The notes: generated by a model not told the origin, from the sequence alone. Shown: positions 31,469-42,283, counted from the stretch's first letter. The stretch: 64,000 bases of DNA from an uncultured cyanobacterium (GCA_963710605.1 CAVQBA010000004.1:704001-768000); one strand, 5' to 3'. Program-made: numbers and translations.

Positions 31469-32206
31469 TTAAAAAGTCAAATTTAATCGGGAGGTAAGAG
31501 AAAAAATACCAAATACTAATAAAATACCTCCGCTAAGAGGATTTATCCATTGAGTGAACCCTCTCAAATTAAGAAAATTTTTAATCGTACCTGTAAAAGT
31601 ACCAGCTAAAATAAGGGGGAAAACATAACCGATCGCATAACTAAGTAAAAAGACAGAACTCAACACCGTGTTTTGGCTACTACCAACATATGCCAGTAAA
31701 GTAATCAAAACAGGGGTACTGCAAGGAGAGGCAACCAAACCAAATGTCAAACCCAATAAATAAGATTTAACACTATCAGGTAGAGTTTCTTTAATCGAAG
31801 CACCTAAATCGAAGTTAGGAAATTTTAAAGGAATAATTTCTAATAAATTCAATCCCATTATAATAGCGATCGTACTCACAAAAATAGGTAAACCAATGCC
31901 AATTTGCCCGTAAACTTTACCTAATAAAGCCGCAAAAATACCCAAAATTGCTAACGTAGTAGCTAACCCCAAGGCAAAATAAGTAGATTGTAGAAAAGAA
32001 GAAAATTTACCTTTATTTTCATAACCGCCAATATAAGCAACAGTTAAAGGAAGCATCGATAACATACAAGGAGTCAAACTAGTAACTAAACCAGTTAAAA
32101 AAATAATCCCGACACTGAAAATACTAACTTGATTTAATTGACTACTAACCAACTGATTTGCCAACTGCTGTAAATGATATAGTTGTGTAGAAATTGATTC
32201 AAACAT
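31469..32206 (-). CDS. ccdA: cytochrome c biogenesis protein CcdA
   Basis: TSLTPCMLSMLP and VASPCSTPVL redox Cys motifs in transmembrane segments. Confidence 0.93.
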   Translation of the reverse strand: MFESISTQLYHLQQLANQLVSSQLNQVSIFSVGIIFLTGLVTSLTPCMLSMLPLTVAYIGGYENKGKFSSFLQSTYFALGLATTLAILGIFAALLGKVYGQIGIGLPIFVSTIAIIMGLNLLEIIPLKFPNFDLGASIKETLPDSVKSYLLGLTFGLVASPCSTPVLITLLAYVGSSQNTVLSSVFLLSYAIGYVFPLILAGTFTGTIKNFLNLRGFTQWINPLSGGILLVFGIFSLTSRLNLTF

Positions 32207-32311
32207 AATTTTGAATAATTGATAATTTTTATATATTCACGCCCAATCGTATTTATAGCTTCTTTATAGCTATTATTTCAATTCTATATGGTTGAGTTTG
32301 AAAACCACAGC

Positions 32312-32346
32312 AAAAAACACCCCCAGTATTACTGAGAGTGTCTTTT
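32312..32346 (-). terminator. intrinsic terminator of psbA
   Basis: minus strand ACACTCTCAGT-AAT-ACTGGGGGTGT followed by a T run, ~55 nt after the stop. Confidence 0.8.
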
Positions 32347-32400
32347 GAGATTTTGTTATTTAATTTTGATTGAGTCTTAAATCACAAATCATTTTTTCGA

Positions 32401-33471
32401 TTAGCCGTTGATTACAGGTGCTGTTACGACATCACTAGATGCTAAATCTAAGGGGAAGTTGTGAGCGTTACGTTCGTGCATTACTTCGATACCGATGTTA
32501 GCACGGTTCAATACGTCTGCCCATGTTCCGATTACGTGACCTTGGCTATCTAAGATTGATTGGTTAAAGTTAAAACCGTTCAAGTTGAATGCCATGGTGC
32601 TTACTCCCATTGCTGTGAACCAAATACCAATCACAGGCCATGCTCCTAAGAAGAAGTGTAAGGCACGTGAGTTGTTAAATGACGCATATTGGAAGATCAA
32701 ACGACCAAAGTAACCATGTGCGGCTACGATGTTGTAGGTTTCTTCTTCTTGACCGAATTTGTAACCGTAGTTTTGTGATTCGGTTTCAGTTGTTTCACGA
32801 ACTAATGAAGAAGTTACGAGTGAACCGTGCATTGCGGAGAATAATGATCCACCAAAGACACCGGCTACGCCTAACATATGGAAAGGGTGCATTAAGATGT
32901 TATGCTCTGCTTGGAATACGAACATAAAGTTGAATGTTCCGCTAATTCCTAAAGGCATACCATCAGAAAAACTACCTTGACCAATTGGGTAGATTAAGAA
33001 TACTGCTGTTGCCGCAGATACAGGTGCAGAATATGCTACACAGATCCAAGGACGCATTCCTAAACGGTAGGATAATTCCCACTGACGACCCATATAACAG
33101 AAGATTCCGATTAAGAAATGGAATACGACTAATTGGTAAGGACCACCATTGTATAACCATTCGTCTAATGATGCTGCTTCCCAGATTGGGTAGAAGTGAA
33201 GACCAATAGCGTTGGAACTAGGGACAACTGCACCAGAGATGATGTTGTTGCCGTAAAGTAATGAACCAGCTACTGGCTCACGAATACCGTCAATATCTAC
33301 AGGAGGTGCTGCGATAAAAGCGATAATGAAACAAGTGGTTGCAGTTAAAAGACAAGGGATCATCAAAGTACCGAACCAACCGACATATAGACGGTTGTTG
33401 GTTGAGGTGATCCACTGACAAAACTGTTCCCAAGCAGATGACTGCTGTTGTTGTTGTAAAGTGGTTGTCAT
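32401..33471 (-). CDS. psbA: photosystem II D1 protein (standard form, Gln130)
   Basis: [63 protein letters not shown]. Confidence 0.99.
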   Translation of the reverse strand: MTTTLQQQQQSSAWEQFCQWITSTNNRLYVGWFGTLMIPCLLTATTCFIIAFIAAPPVDIDGIREPVAGSLLYGNNIISGAVVPSSNAIGLHFYPIWEAASLDEWLYNGGPYQLVVFHFLIGIFCYMGRQWELSYRLGMRPWICVAYSAPVSAATAVFLIYPIGQGSFSDGMPLGISGTFNFMFVFQAEHNILMHPFHMLGVAGVFGGSLFSAMHGSLVTSSLVRETTETESQNYGYKFGQEEETYNIVAAHGYFGRLIFQYASFNNSRALHFFLGAWPVIGIWFTAMGVSTMAFNLNGFNFNQSILDSQGHVIGTWADVLNRANIGIEVMHERNAHNFPLDLASSDVVTAPVING

Positions 33472-33506
33472 GTTTGTTATGATTGCGATTAAATTTTCAA
33501 GGTACG

Positions 33507-33534
33507 ATCTGTTTCGGTTTCCCGAAGTTCAGAT
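33507..33534 (-). promoter_or_regulatory. psbA 5'-UTR RNA hairpin
   Basis: minus strand ATCTG-AAC-TTCGG-GAAA-CCGAA-A-CAGAT; GNRA tetraloop; inside the inferred leader. Confidence 0.65.
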
Positions 33535-33587
33535 TACATCAAACGATCGAATCAGATATTGATTGGTTTCGTTTGGCGTATATACAT

Positions 33588-33616
33588 ATCATAACAACTA
33601 TATTGAGTTTTGTAAA
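33588..33616 (-). promoter_or_regulatory. psbA sigma70-type promoter
   Basis: TTTACA - 17 bp - TATGAT on the minus strand. Confidence 0.75.
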
Positions 33617-33766
33617 GTATTCTCAGTTTACTCTTTGTTATCTGAATGATAAGTTTTGCTTAATCTAAAAAAAATAATTGATTTGTTTTCTGAAGTGCTT
33701 AAATCTTGAAGACGTAAAAAAAAGTTCAAACGATCGCTTGTTTCACTCATGTATAAATAGAATTGA

Positions 33767-34135
33767 TTATTTAAGTACGGGGATGAGTTTGGTTTGCGAT
33801 CGATTAATTTCAAAAATCAGATTATCTTCTTGACGACGAGCTTCCCAATTTCCTTGATTAAAAGAATCTTCTTGCCAAGTACCTTGCATCGAATTAAGGT
33901 CATCGCCGATCGTACCTATATAATCAATGCTATAACAACTTCCCATCAAGTAAGTTTTACGAAAACGGATAGATTTACCAATTATCTCTCCTCTCATAGA
34001 TGCTTCTCCTAAGATACCTTGATCTAAAACATGACCTGTTAAAATATTGTTTCCTTGTATTAAACTCATCTGAAAACGTGTGGGAATTCCTCTTTGCCAA
34101 TAAGTTCCCAGCCACATTCCACTAATGTTTGTCAT
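33767..34135 (-). CDS. hypothetical protein (small beta-rich)
   Basis: ISGMWLGTYWQ...IRFRKTY...IDYIGTI...MQGTW...GNWEAR. Confidence 0.75.
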   Translation of the reverse strand: MTNISGMWLGTYWQRGIPTRFQMSLIQGNNILTGHVLDQGILGEASMRGEIIGKSIRFRKTYLMGSCYSIDYIGTIGDDLNSMQGTWQEDSFNQGNWEARRQEDNLIFEINRSQTKLIPVLK

Positions 34136-34337
34136 AATTTTCGTAAATAAATATAAATAGTACGATCGTTATTTGCTTTAAATATTATATTTCCCGTCAT
34201 ATATCTTTACTTATTCACTTAATCTTGTTGCTTAAATTGTTTAGCGAAAAAGAAAGTATAGTATCAACCAATAATTAATTGTTTTTTATGATAGAGTCGT
34301 AAGTTGTTATTGTCTAGATATTAGCACTTTCATCACT

Positions 34338-35744
34338 ATGGGTTGGTTTAGTAAAGTTTTTTTGACAACAATGTTATTCTGGCTTCCCGATTTGTTTTCT
34401 GCGTCAAATCTCACCAAGACGGCTTGTTTCTTATCAGCATCAGCAAATCAAATAGTTGAGTTTGGTCAAAATGGGGACTCTGTGCCAAATGGTAATGATG
34501 GACAAATAGGTAAAGATAGTGATATTTTAACAATTTTTGCTGATGGCTCACCTCTTAAGTTAGATGTCTCAGGACAAAATGGCACTAATGGAGAAGATGG
34601 TGTAGTAGGAGAAAATGCTTTATGTGATAGTCAACCTGTTAATGTTAATTACAATTTGATTGGAGCAGATGGTGGTAGTGGCGGTAATGGTGGTAATGGC
34701 GGTGATGGCGGTAATGGTGGCTCATTAACTATTTACACCACAAATAAAGATTATTTACGTCAAATTTATGTTCAAGCTAACCATGGGAATGGTGGTGATG
34801 GTGGTGATGGTGGTGATGGTGGTGATGGTTGTCAATGCCCCTCTCCTTATTGGACAGTAGAATCTTGTAATGGTAGCCCCGGTAGTGCTAATTATGTTTG
34901 TGGTACTAAAGAGTATCGTTGTTTGAATGGAGAAGATGGTAAAAATGGTCGTGCCGGTAGAGATGGTAGAGATGGTAAGTTAGGCTCTTTAACATTAATT
35001 AATAGTGGTACTCCTTTACCACCAGATCGTCTTAGTGCTTCAGTTTCGATGAATGAGTTAAAAAGTCGTGGTTTTGCTTTGTCCAAAAACATTTGGCAGA
35101 CTAAAACTGGAGCAACTTCTTTATTTGCTAATGGTTCGGTAATTAATGATCAATATTTAGAATTAGTAGAAAGAGTCGAAAATGCGGTGGTTTTAATTTG
35201 GAATGCACCTCAATCTTTTACCCCTTATCAAGATCTTAATTTGACTTTAAGTTTAAATGACGATCGATCTGTCGGTATAGCTATTCCTGATGATATCTGG
35301 TTACAAACAAACAAAAAAGTTCGAGGTAATGTAACTGAATTATATGTCTTCAATGCAATCAAATCTGCTGAAGCAAATAAATTAGAAAGTAATGGTATAT
35401 CTGGATTTGGAGAAGATTTACAATTAAAAATAGTTGATAATGCTCAAAAATCTAATATAGTTGACACAACTTTTTATCTTAAATACAGTGTATCTAATTC
35501 AAAAGAGGCGAATCTACGTCCTGTCAATGATTATACGTTACGTTATGAGGGTAAAGTACCCGCACCGTTAATTCGTTATCGAGATAATCGTTTTACCATT
35601 AACGTCGGACAATTACCGATCGACTCTCGTTATTTAGAAGCAGATAAAGCAGTAAAAGTAGAAGTAGAAATTACCAGAACTTTTGGCGATAATTCAGTAG
35701 TGAAAAAGATTGTTGAAACAGATATTTTAGGTCCTTTTAATTAA
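34338..35744 (+). CDS. exported glycine-rich/collagen-like repeat protein
   Basis: GGxGGx and GxxGxx tracts, Cys-rich insert, GGTGGTGAT tandem repeats at ~34792-34829. Confidence 0.8.
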   Translation: MGWFSKVFLTTMLFWLPDLFSASNLTKTACFLSASANQIVEFGQNGDSVPNGNDGQIGKDSDILTIFADGSPLKLDVSGQNGTNGEDGVVGENALCDSQPVNVNYNLIGADGGSGGNGGNGGDGGNGGSLTIYTTNKDYLRQIYVQANHGNGGDGGDGGDGGDGCQCPSPYWTVESCNGSPGSANYVCGTKEYRCLNGEDGKNGRAGRDGRDGKLGSLTLINSGTPLPPDRLSASVSMNELKSRGFALSKNIWQTKTGATSLFANGSVINDQYLELVERVENAVVLIWNAPQSFTPYQDLNLTLSLNDDRSVGIAIPDDIWLQTNKKVRGNVTELYVFNAIKSAEANKLESNGISGFGEDLQLKIVDNAQKSNIVDTTFYLKYSVSNSKEANLRPVNDYTLRYEGKVPAPLIRYRDNRFTINVGQLPIDSRYLEADKAVKVEVEITRTFGDNSVVKKIVETDILGPFN

Positions 35745-35770
35745 TTGATAATTATTGGTAAATAAATTTT

Positions 35771-36445
35771 TTACGCTGGTACTGTTTTAGGTACACCATT
35801 ATCTCGACTCGAAAACTTAAGAATAAAAGGAGCGGCAACTTTTACCCAATCATCAATAGAGGTGTAATACTCGGCTTCATCACCAAAACAAATATCTAAC
35901 ATATCGGTGTGAATGATACCTGGATTAAGGGGAATTGCCGCCATTGTCGAGGGTAATTCTTGGGCTAATGAACGAGTTAGTCCTTCGATCGCCCATTTTG
36001 AAGCACAATAAGAAGATACTTCAGGAGAAGTAGATCGTCCCCAACCTGAACTAAAGTTAACAATAATACCTTGCCTACGTTTCAGCATTATTGGAATTAG
36101 ACAACGCAAGACATTTGCCGTACCTTTTATATTGATGTCAATTAATCGATCGAATTCAGCGGTTGGTATTTCCCATAATTTAGCTGGTTGATTAATAATA
36201 GCGGCATTGTTAATCACTAAATCAGGTTGATGACTATCAATAAAAGTATTAATCCAGTTTTTGACTTGAACTATATCTGCAACATCAACGGCTGTAAAAT
36301 TATGTTTGGGATATTTAGTTTGTAAATTTTTAATCGTTTCGGCGTTACGAGAGCAACCTATGACTGTATGTCCTAAACTAATAAATTTTTCGGTTAACGC
36401 CCTTCCTAATCCTTTGCTTATTCCAGTAATAACGATCGTTTTCAT
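35771..36445 (-). CDS. short-chain dehydrogenase/reductase
   Basis: ITGISKGLG, INNAA, YCASKWAIEG (YxxxK). Confidence 0.93.
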   Translation of the reverse strand: MKTIVITGISKGLGRALTEKFISLGHTVIGCSRNAETIKNLQTKYPKHNFTAVDVADIVQVKNWINTFIDSHQPDLVINNAAIINQPAKLWEIPTAEFDRLIDINIKGTANVLRCLIPIMLKRRQGIIVNFSSGWGRSTSPEVSSYCASKWAIEGLTRSLAQELPSTMAAIPLNPGIIHTDMLDICFGDEAEYYTSIDDWVKVAAPFILKFSSRDNGVPKTVPA

Positions 36446-36607
36446 TTTGATTATTAATATTTAAAGTTGTTTATTGATTTTAGATAATCAACAACTTATC
36501 ATAACAAGTTAGAATATCAATATTTCGATGACTTGTCATAACAAGTTGCACCATGATTATGATGATCGTTAATGACTTGTTATAGCTTCTCAGACAGCTA
36601 AAAATAA

Positions 36608-37849
36608 TTAGATTGAGCTATCAATTTTTAAAGGATTCTCAATCAATTCGTTGATTGGTGATGGCAAACTAGGAGATGTATGAGGATGATGATGAGATTC
36701 ACCTAAATAAATACCTAAAGATAAAGCTGTTCTTACCATAAAGCCTTCTGCATCGATCGGTGAAGGGCAAGTACCTTCTTGATGACACCATTTAATTAAA
36801 GGCATAATTTGTTCTAAAGATTTACTATCTACACTACCATTTTGCCAAATAACGAGACGGTTATAACATTCATCAGCAATTAAATCTAAAGCTTTGATAG
36901 CAAATACAGTCGCTAAAATACGATCGAATGAACTAGGAACACCACAACGTTGTAAATGACCTAACACTGTCGCTCTGGTATCTAAATGAGCTAAATTTTG
37001 ATAGAAGCTATCTCCTGTGGCACATAAACGAGTACTGTATTCTTTGAGTAAACCAGCTAAAGTCTCGGCAATATAAGGATCTTTATCATTATCTAATCCT
37101 CTTACACCTTCGGCGATGACAACTAAAGCAAATTTACGACGCTCTTGACGTAATTTAGCAATATGATTACACATATATTTAAGCGTCTCGCTAGTTAATT
37201 GAGGAGTTAATTCAGGTACTAAAATGCAATCTGCACCACCTGCAATACCTGAGTGTAAAGCTAAATGCCCTGCATCTCTACCCATAACTTGAACTACCAT
37301 CACTCTTTCGTGACTCGCCGCCGTAAAAGTTAAATCGTAAAGTGCTTGGGTGACTGTATTACGAGCGGTATCAAAACCGACTGAGCGTTCGGTAAAAGCA
37401 ACATCATTATCGATCGTTTTAGGAATTACGATCAAATTCCAGTTACCCTTTTTAGCGATATCATAAATAATATCTAAGCTACCATCTCCACCGATGGCAA
37501 TTAAGGCATCTAAACCTAGACGGATATAACCTTCTAAAATATCTTCGATCGTTCGATCGTCTTGAGGATTACCATGACTTAATGAGCCTAATACACTCCC
37601 ACTCATGAATTGAAGTACATCTAATCCTTCTAAAACACCGGGTAAGTCGTAGCCATGAGGGTACAATCTTAACTCTTCTATTTGTACATTACCTCTGACT
37701 AAATCAACAAATCCATCAGTACCACGAGGAATACCATATACTTCCCATCCTCGTAAGGTAGCGTATTGCACAACTGCTCTGATAATTGCGTTTAATCCCG
37801 GACAATCACCACCACTAGTTAAAATACCAATTCTTTTTTTTGCGTTCAT
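36608..37849 (-). CDS. pfkA: 6-phosphofructokinase, PFK-A family
   Basis: [40 protein letters not shown]. Confidence 0.95.
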   Translation of the reverse strand: MNAKKRIGILTSGGDCPGLNAIIRAVVQYATLRGWEVYGIPRGTDGFVDLVRGNVQIEELRLYPHGYDLPGVLEGLDVLQFMSGSVLGSLSHGNPQDDRTIEDILEGYIRLGLDALIAIGGDGSLDIIYDIAKKGNWNLIVIPKTIDNDVAFTERSVGFDTARNTVTQALYDLTFTAASHERVMVVQVMGRDAGHLALHSGIAGGADCILVPELTPQLTSETLKYMCNHIAKLRQERRKFALVVIAEGVRGLDNDKDPYIAETLAGLLKEYSTRLCATGDSFYQNLAHLDTRATVLGHLQRCGVPSSFDRILATVFAIKALDLIADECYNRLVIWQNGSVDSKSLEQIMPLIKWCHQEGTCPSPIDAEGFMVRTALSLGIYLGESHHHPHTSPSLPSPINELIENPLKIDSSI

Positions 37850-38162
37850 AGTGACAAAGAGTTAGAGCTGATTCTATCTTAAATTTACTTATCTAAAATA
37901 ATAATCACTGTTGATTAATTCAATAACGTTTGTTTAGCGATTCTTTGTAAAAATTTTTCTTTGTTTATATAAGTTAAATTATCTTTATATCTTGGTTATT
38001 AATGCTCTAAATTATATGGATGTTTGTTTGGCGTAAAATAATGAAGTTAGATTCGGGTAATGAATCGTTAATATCAATCTTTTGTGATTTGCTGTTGTTA
38101 ATTAAAGAAATCGATCGTAGAATAAACAGACAATTTAAAGACAATAGTTATTAATTAAGAAA

Positions 38163-39140
38163 ATGTTTAAACCTAAAAATCGCTTACCCTTATTCGGTTT
38201 TTTGTTGAGTGTAATCATTTTATTGTGTTTTAACAATAATGTTTTTGCTCATGGAAAATTAGATAATTATGCTACAGAAGGAGAAAACGAACAGACTGTT
38301 GCTCAACAAAATGCTGAAGAAATAGAAATAAAAACCATACAGGTGCGCGAAAACATTTATATGTTAGTGGGTGATGGTGGTAACATAGGTGTGAGTACTG
38401 GTGAAGATGGCGTGATCATGATAGATAGTCAATTTGCACCTTTGTTTTCTAAAATTGAAACAGCAATCAAAGAGATTACTCCTCAACCAATTAATTATTT
38501 ACTTAATACCCATTATCATTTCGATCATACTAATGGTAATGCTAACATTGCTAAAGCTGGGGCAACTATTATCGCTCATGATAATGTACCCAAACAAATG
38601 AGAATTCCTCATACTTATGAAGTTTTAGGGAGTACAAGAGAAGCCGCACCGATCGAAGCTTTACCAAGAGTTACTTTTAGTGATAACTTCAGAATGGCTT
38701 TAAACAATAATTATATTCATGCTTTTGCCATGCCTCCTGCCCATACGGATGGTGACGTAGTGGTGCATTTCACTAAACAAAATGTCATTCATACAGGAGA
38801 TTTGTTTTTTAATGGTTTTTATCCTTTTATCGATACGGGTGTTGGTGGTTCTGTAGAAGGTATGATTGAAGCGATCGATCGTATTTTACCCTTAATTAAC
38901 GAAGACACTTTGATTATCCCCGGACATGGTAAATTAGGTAATGAAAAAGAGTTGATGGCATTTCAAGAAATGCTCAAAACTGTTAACGATCGTGTTAAAA
39001 CAGGTATAGAAGAAAATCTGTCTTTACAAGAGATGATTAATGCTAATGTTTTAGCTGATTTAGATGATACTTGGGGTAAAGGTTTTCTTTCTTCGGAGAA
39101 ATTTTTGACTATTGCTTACAATGGAATAATTGATAATTGA
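38163..39140 (+). CDS. exported MBL-fold metallo-hydrolase (cyclase-like)
   Basis: signal peptide; NTHYHFDHTNGN, AHTDGD, HTGDLF, IIPGHG. Confidence 0.9.
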   Translation: MFKPKNRLPLFGFLLSVIILLCFNNNVFAHGKLDNYATEGENEQTVAQQNAEEIEIKTIQVRENIYMLVGDGGNIGVSTGEDGVIMIDSQFAPLFSKIETAIKEITPQPINYLLNTHYHFDHTNGNANIAKAGATIIAHDNVPKQMRIPHTYEVLGSTREAAPIEALPRVTFSDNFRMALNNNYIHAFAMPPAHTDGDVVVHFTKQNVIHTGDLFFNGFYPFIDTGVGGSVEGMIEAIDRILPLINEDTLIIPGHGKLGNEKELMAFQEMLKTVNDRVKTGIEENLSLQEMINANVLADLDDTWGKGFLSSEKFLTIAYNGIIDN

Positions 39141-39238
39141 TAATTGATAATCAAGACTTCTTACTAGTTACTCAAAATACTCCTTCATTCTCCATTCTTT
39201 GACATCTTTCCACTTTCATCTTTATATTCTCATTAACT

Positions 39239-40249
39239 ATGTTAATTAATCATATTGCTGTGGTAACGATTGGGCGAAACGAAGGCGATCGTTTGGTAAA
39301 CTGTTTACGATCATTAAAAAAAGCCTTACCAGAAAATGCACCGATCGTTTATGTTGATTCTGGTTCTACTGATGGTAGCATCAAAAAAGCTGAAGAAATG
39401 GGGATAATAGTCATCAACTTAGATTTATCTATTCCCTTTACTGCCGCCCGTGCCAGAAATACAGGTTGGGAATATATTGTCAAAAACTATCCGACTATTG
39501 AATATATTCAGTTTTTAGATGGTGATTGTGAATTAAATACCGATTGGTTATCTATAGCCGTTGAGCGATTAGAAACAGAAGCAAAATTAGCAATAGTCTG
39601 TGGTAGAAGAAGAGAAAAATATCCTCAATCCACGACTTATAACAGCTTAATTGATATGGAATGGAATACACCCATCGGCGAAGCTAAAGCTTGTGGAGGA
39701 GATGCTTTAATCAAAACTGAAGCACTTAAACAAGTAGGCGGTTATAACCCCACTCTTATCTGCGGAGAAGAGCCGGAAATGTGTATTAGACTCAGAGAAA
39801 AAGGTTGGAAAATAGAACGAATAGATGCCGAGATGACTAGACATGATGCGGCTATGAGCAAATTTGGTCAATGGTGGAAACGATCGACTAGAAGTGGTTG
39901 GGCGGTAGCACAAGGTTATGCACTACATGGTAATCCTCCTGAAAATTATATGAATAAGCAACATACAAGTGGTTATCTTTGGGGATTAATTATTCCGATA
40001 ATTAGTTTAAGTTTGGTGGGGATAACTAAAGGTTTTAGTTTACTTTTGTTGTCGGGTTATGGTTTGTTGATGTGGAAAATTTATCGTTATCGTTTACTTA
40101 ATTTTGATGATAGTCAAAAACAAGCGAGACTATATGGTTTTTGGTGTGTAGTTTCCAAATTTCCTCAACTTGTCGGACAATGTCAATATTGGTGGTATAA
40201 ATTTACTAAAAAACAAGCAACAATTATAGAATACAAGAATAATGAATAA
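39239..40249 (+). CDS. GT2 glycosyltransferase
   Basis: IGRNEG, YVDSGSTDGS, AARARN, QFLDGDC. Confidence 0.9.
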   Translation: MLINHIAVVTIGRNEGDRLVNCLRSLKKALPENAPIVYVDSGSTDGSIKKAEEMGIIVINLDLSIPFTAARARNTGWEYIVKNYPTIEYIQFLDGDCELNTDWLSIAVERLETEAKLAIVCGRRREKYPQSTTYNSLIDMEWNTPIGEAKACGGDALIKTEALKQVGGYNPTLICGEEPEMCIRLREKGWKIERIDAEMTRHDAAMSKFGQWWKRSTRSGWAVAQGYALHGNPPENYMNKQHTSGYLWGLIIPIISLSLVGITKGFSLLLLSGYGLLMWKIYRYRLLNFDDSQKQARLYGFWCVVSKFPQLVGQCQYWWYKFTKKQATIIEYKNNE

Positions 40250-40411
40250 TTAATAATGAATAATTAACTCTCTATTTCCAACTATTTACATTCTTCCTCC
40301 TCCTAAAAAATTATAATCTAAAACCAGCAACTTCCTCTGCGTTCTCTGCGTTCTCTGCGGTTAATAAATATAAACAATAAAAGCCCTAACCAACTCATTT
40401 TTTGTTATAGA

Positions 40412-41545
40412 ATGAATAGTATTAATCCAGATGAAGTAAAAGTTTATACTCAACAAAAACAAAGCGAAAGATGGTTAGCTAGGTATCGTAACCAGATTCC
40501 TGTATTTGCTTGTATTGTCGGTTTTACCGATACAGCTTTAGTAGAAGGAATTTCTACGGCGGGGGCAACTCCTACTTCACGTCGCTTTACTGCTTTAGCT
40601 GATGCTGAATTTTTAATCAATGGAGTACAACCTCAACCGACTTTTGCTTTACCTTCTCTTGATGTCGGTATTTCTCCTGTTTTTATTACTCGTGCTGTCG
40701 TTGAAAGATTTGCTTTACCTACTTATGTTTTTAATGCTGGATTAAATCGATCGCTTTGTGTTGCTAATATTGATTTAAACGGACAACCCGCTCAATGTGT
40801 TTCTACGGGTAAAGCTTTACCAATCAAGGTAGTTAAGCATTTATATGAGCAAGGATTAAAATGGGGTGAGAAGTTAGCCCAAGAAGTAACAAAAGATAGT
40901 TATCTTGTACTGAGTGAATGTGTAGTTGGTGGCACAACCACAGCTTTAGCTGTGTTAACTGCTTTGGGTATTTCTGCTCGAGATAAAGTAAATAGTAGTC
41001 ATCCTGTTTGTAATCATCATCAAAAATGGCAACTTGTCGCTCAAGGGTTAAAACAAGCAGGTATCAACCAAAAAGAAAAGACGATCGATCCTTTTGCTAT
41101 CATAGCCGCAGTCGGTGATCCGATGCAAATAGTTGTAGCAGGAATGGCAATTAGTGCCAGTAAAAAGGTAGGGGTAATGTTGGCAGGGGGTACACAAATG
41201 TTAGCGGTATTTGCTTTAATTAAAGCTTTAAAAACAAAATATAATTTATCGATTAATTATGATAATATTATTGTTGCTACCACTCGTTGGGTAGCAGAAG
41301 ATCAAACTGGGGATACAGTTACATTAGCTAATTTAATTGGAGATGTTGGGCTTTGTGCGACTCAATTAAATTTTACTCGATCGCAATATATGAGCTTACA
41401 AAAATATGAAGAAGGTTTTGTTAAAGAAGGTGTAGGGGCAGGAGGAAGTGCTGTCACTGCCCACTTGTTAGGTATTAATAACGAAGAATTACTGACATTG
41501 ATAGAAGCCATTATTGGAACTTTCCACACGATTACGGATAGCTAA
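40412..41545 (+). CDS. cobT: nicotinate-nucleotide:lower-ligand phosphoribosyltransferase (cyanobacterial/archaeal-type CobT)
   Basis: ECVVGGTTTA, VGDPMQ, LAGGTQMLAV, YEEGFVKEGVGAGG. Confidence 0.88.
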   Translation: MNSINPDEVKVYTQQKQSERWLARYRNQIPVFACIVGFTDTALVEGISTAGATPTSRRFTALADAEFLINGVQPQPTFALPSLDVGISPVFITRAVVERFALPTYVFNAGLNRSLCVANIDLNGQPAQCVSTGKALPIKVVKHLYEQGLKWGEKLAQEVTKDSYLVLSECVVGGTTTALAVLTALGISARDKVNSSHPVCNHHQKWQLVAQGLKQAGINQKEKTIDPFAIIAAVGDPMQIVVAGMAISASKKVGVMLAGGTQMLAVFALIKALKTKYNLSINYDNIIVATTRWVAEDQTGDTVTLANLIGDVGLCATQLNFTRSQYMSLQKYEEGFVKEGVGAGGSAVTAHLLGINNEELLTLIEAIIGTFHTITDS

Positions 41546-41950
41546 TAATTGTTCTTCTAGTGAAGCAATACGGTAATAAGCCGCCGTTAACTGTGCTGTT
41601 AAGCGATGCACTTGCTCATCACAAGAAATTACTTCTGAACGTTGGCTACTATTATTATCAGATACAGACAATGTTTGAACGGATTCATCATCAACTAAAA
41701 TATCCTTATGTTGATTTAATAAATAATAGTTTTCTTCTGAGTTATTTTTCTTGACACTTTCGCTATTAGATGCACTATAGCTATGTGGTTGAACACTTTG
41801 TGAGCGTTGTATCAAAGAAGCGGTATCTAATGGTAGGTGATGATTTTTTACATCTTGCCAACCAACGTATTCGCTTAGTTGTTTAATTACCGTATAAAGG
41901 TGACTCACTTGCTCGTGAAGTTTGGTAATTTCTTTTTGGGAATGATTCAT
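41489..41950 (-). CDS. hypothetical coiled-coil protein
   Basis: HKDILVDD and QVHRLTAQLTAAYYRIASLEEQLL; 3' end overlaps cobT by 57 nt. Confidence 0.75.
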   Translation of the reverse strand: MNHSQKEITKLHEQVSHLYTVIKQLSEYVGWQDVKNHHLPLDTASLIQRSQSVQPHSYSASNSESVKKNNSEENYYLLNQHKDILVDDESVQTLSVSDNNSSQRSEVISCDEQVHRLTAQLTAAYYRIASLEEQLLAIRNRVESSNNGFYQCQ

Positions 41951-42283
41951 AAAAATTAAGATTTCGTGATTTGTTCAATCAATATATTTTGTTTGCACTT
42001 TTATATGCTAGATTCTCTTTTGTGAATATGTCCACTATTCCTGATTATTTTAATGTTTGCTTTTTATAATATATGAGTAGTATTGTTACGATATTTAAAT
42101 TATATTTAACAAATGTACTTAAATCTTAACGAAATAAAAAATATAAATTAATCTTCAATAAATCACAGGCTATGTGTTTGAAAGAAAAAAATACAATAAT
42201 ATACAATAATTTGTTACTGTAATAAAGGATAATTTTTATGATTTTGAATTACTTGAACCTCAATTCTTCACGCAATTTTTTTT

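Noticed and set aside
32679-33668. Short antisense or alternative-frame ORFs over psbA, and similar ones over hemL, amt, aroA, hisD, smc and others
   Set aside because: Shadow ORFs of well-supported genes, with no independent motifs
36493-36586. Mini CRISPR array
   Set aside because: Repeats are only ~17 nt, 2.5 copies, unevenly spaced, with no cas genes; kept as a putative operator
40333-40363. CTCTGCGTT tandem repeat and its inverse near 48980-49007 as ends of a large element
   Set aside because: They enclose ordinary housekeeping genes; best read as independent short dispersed repeats
41489-41545. 57-nt convergent overlap of cobT and the coiled-coil gene as antisense regulation
   Set aside because: Short tail-to-tail overlaps are common, and this one could also stem from an indel error
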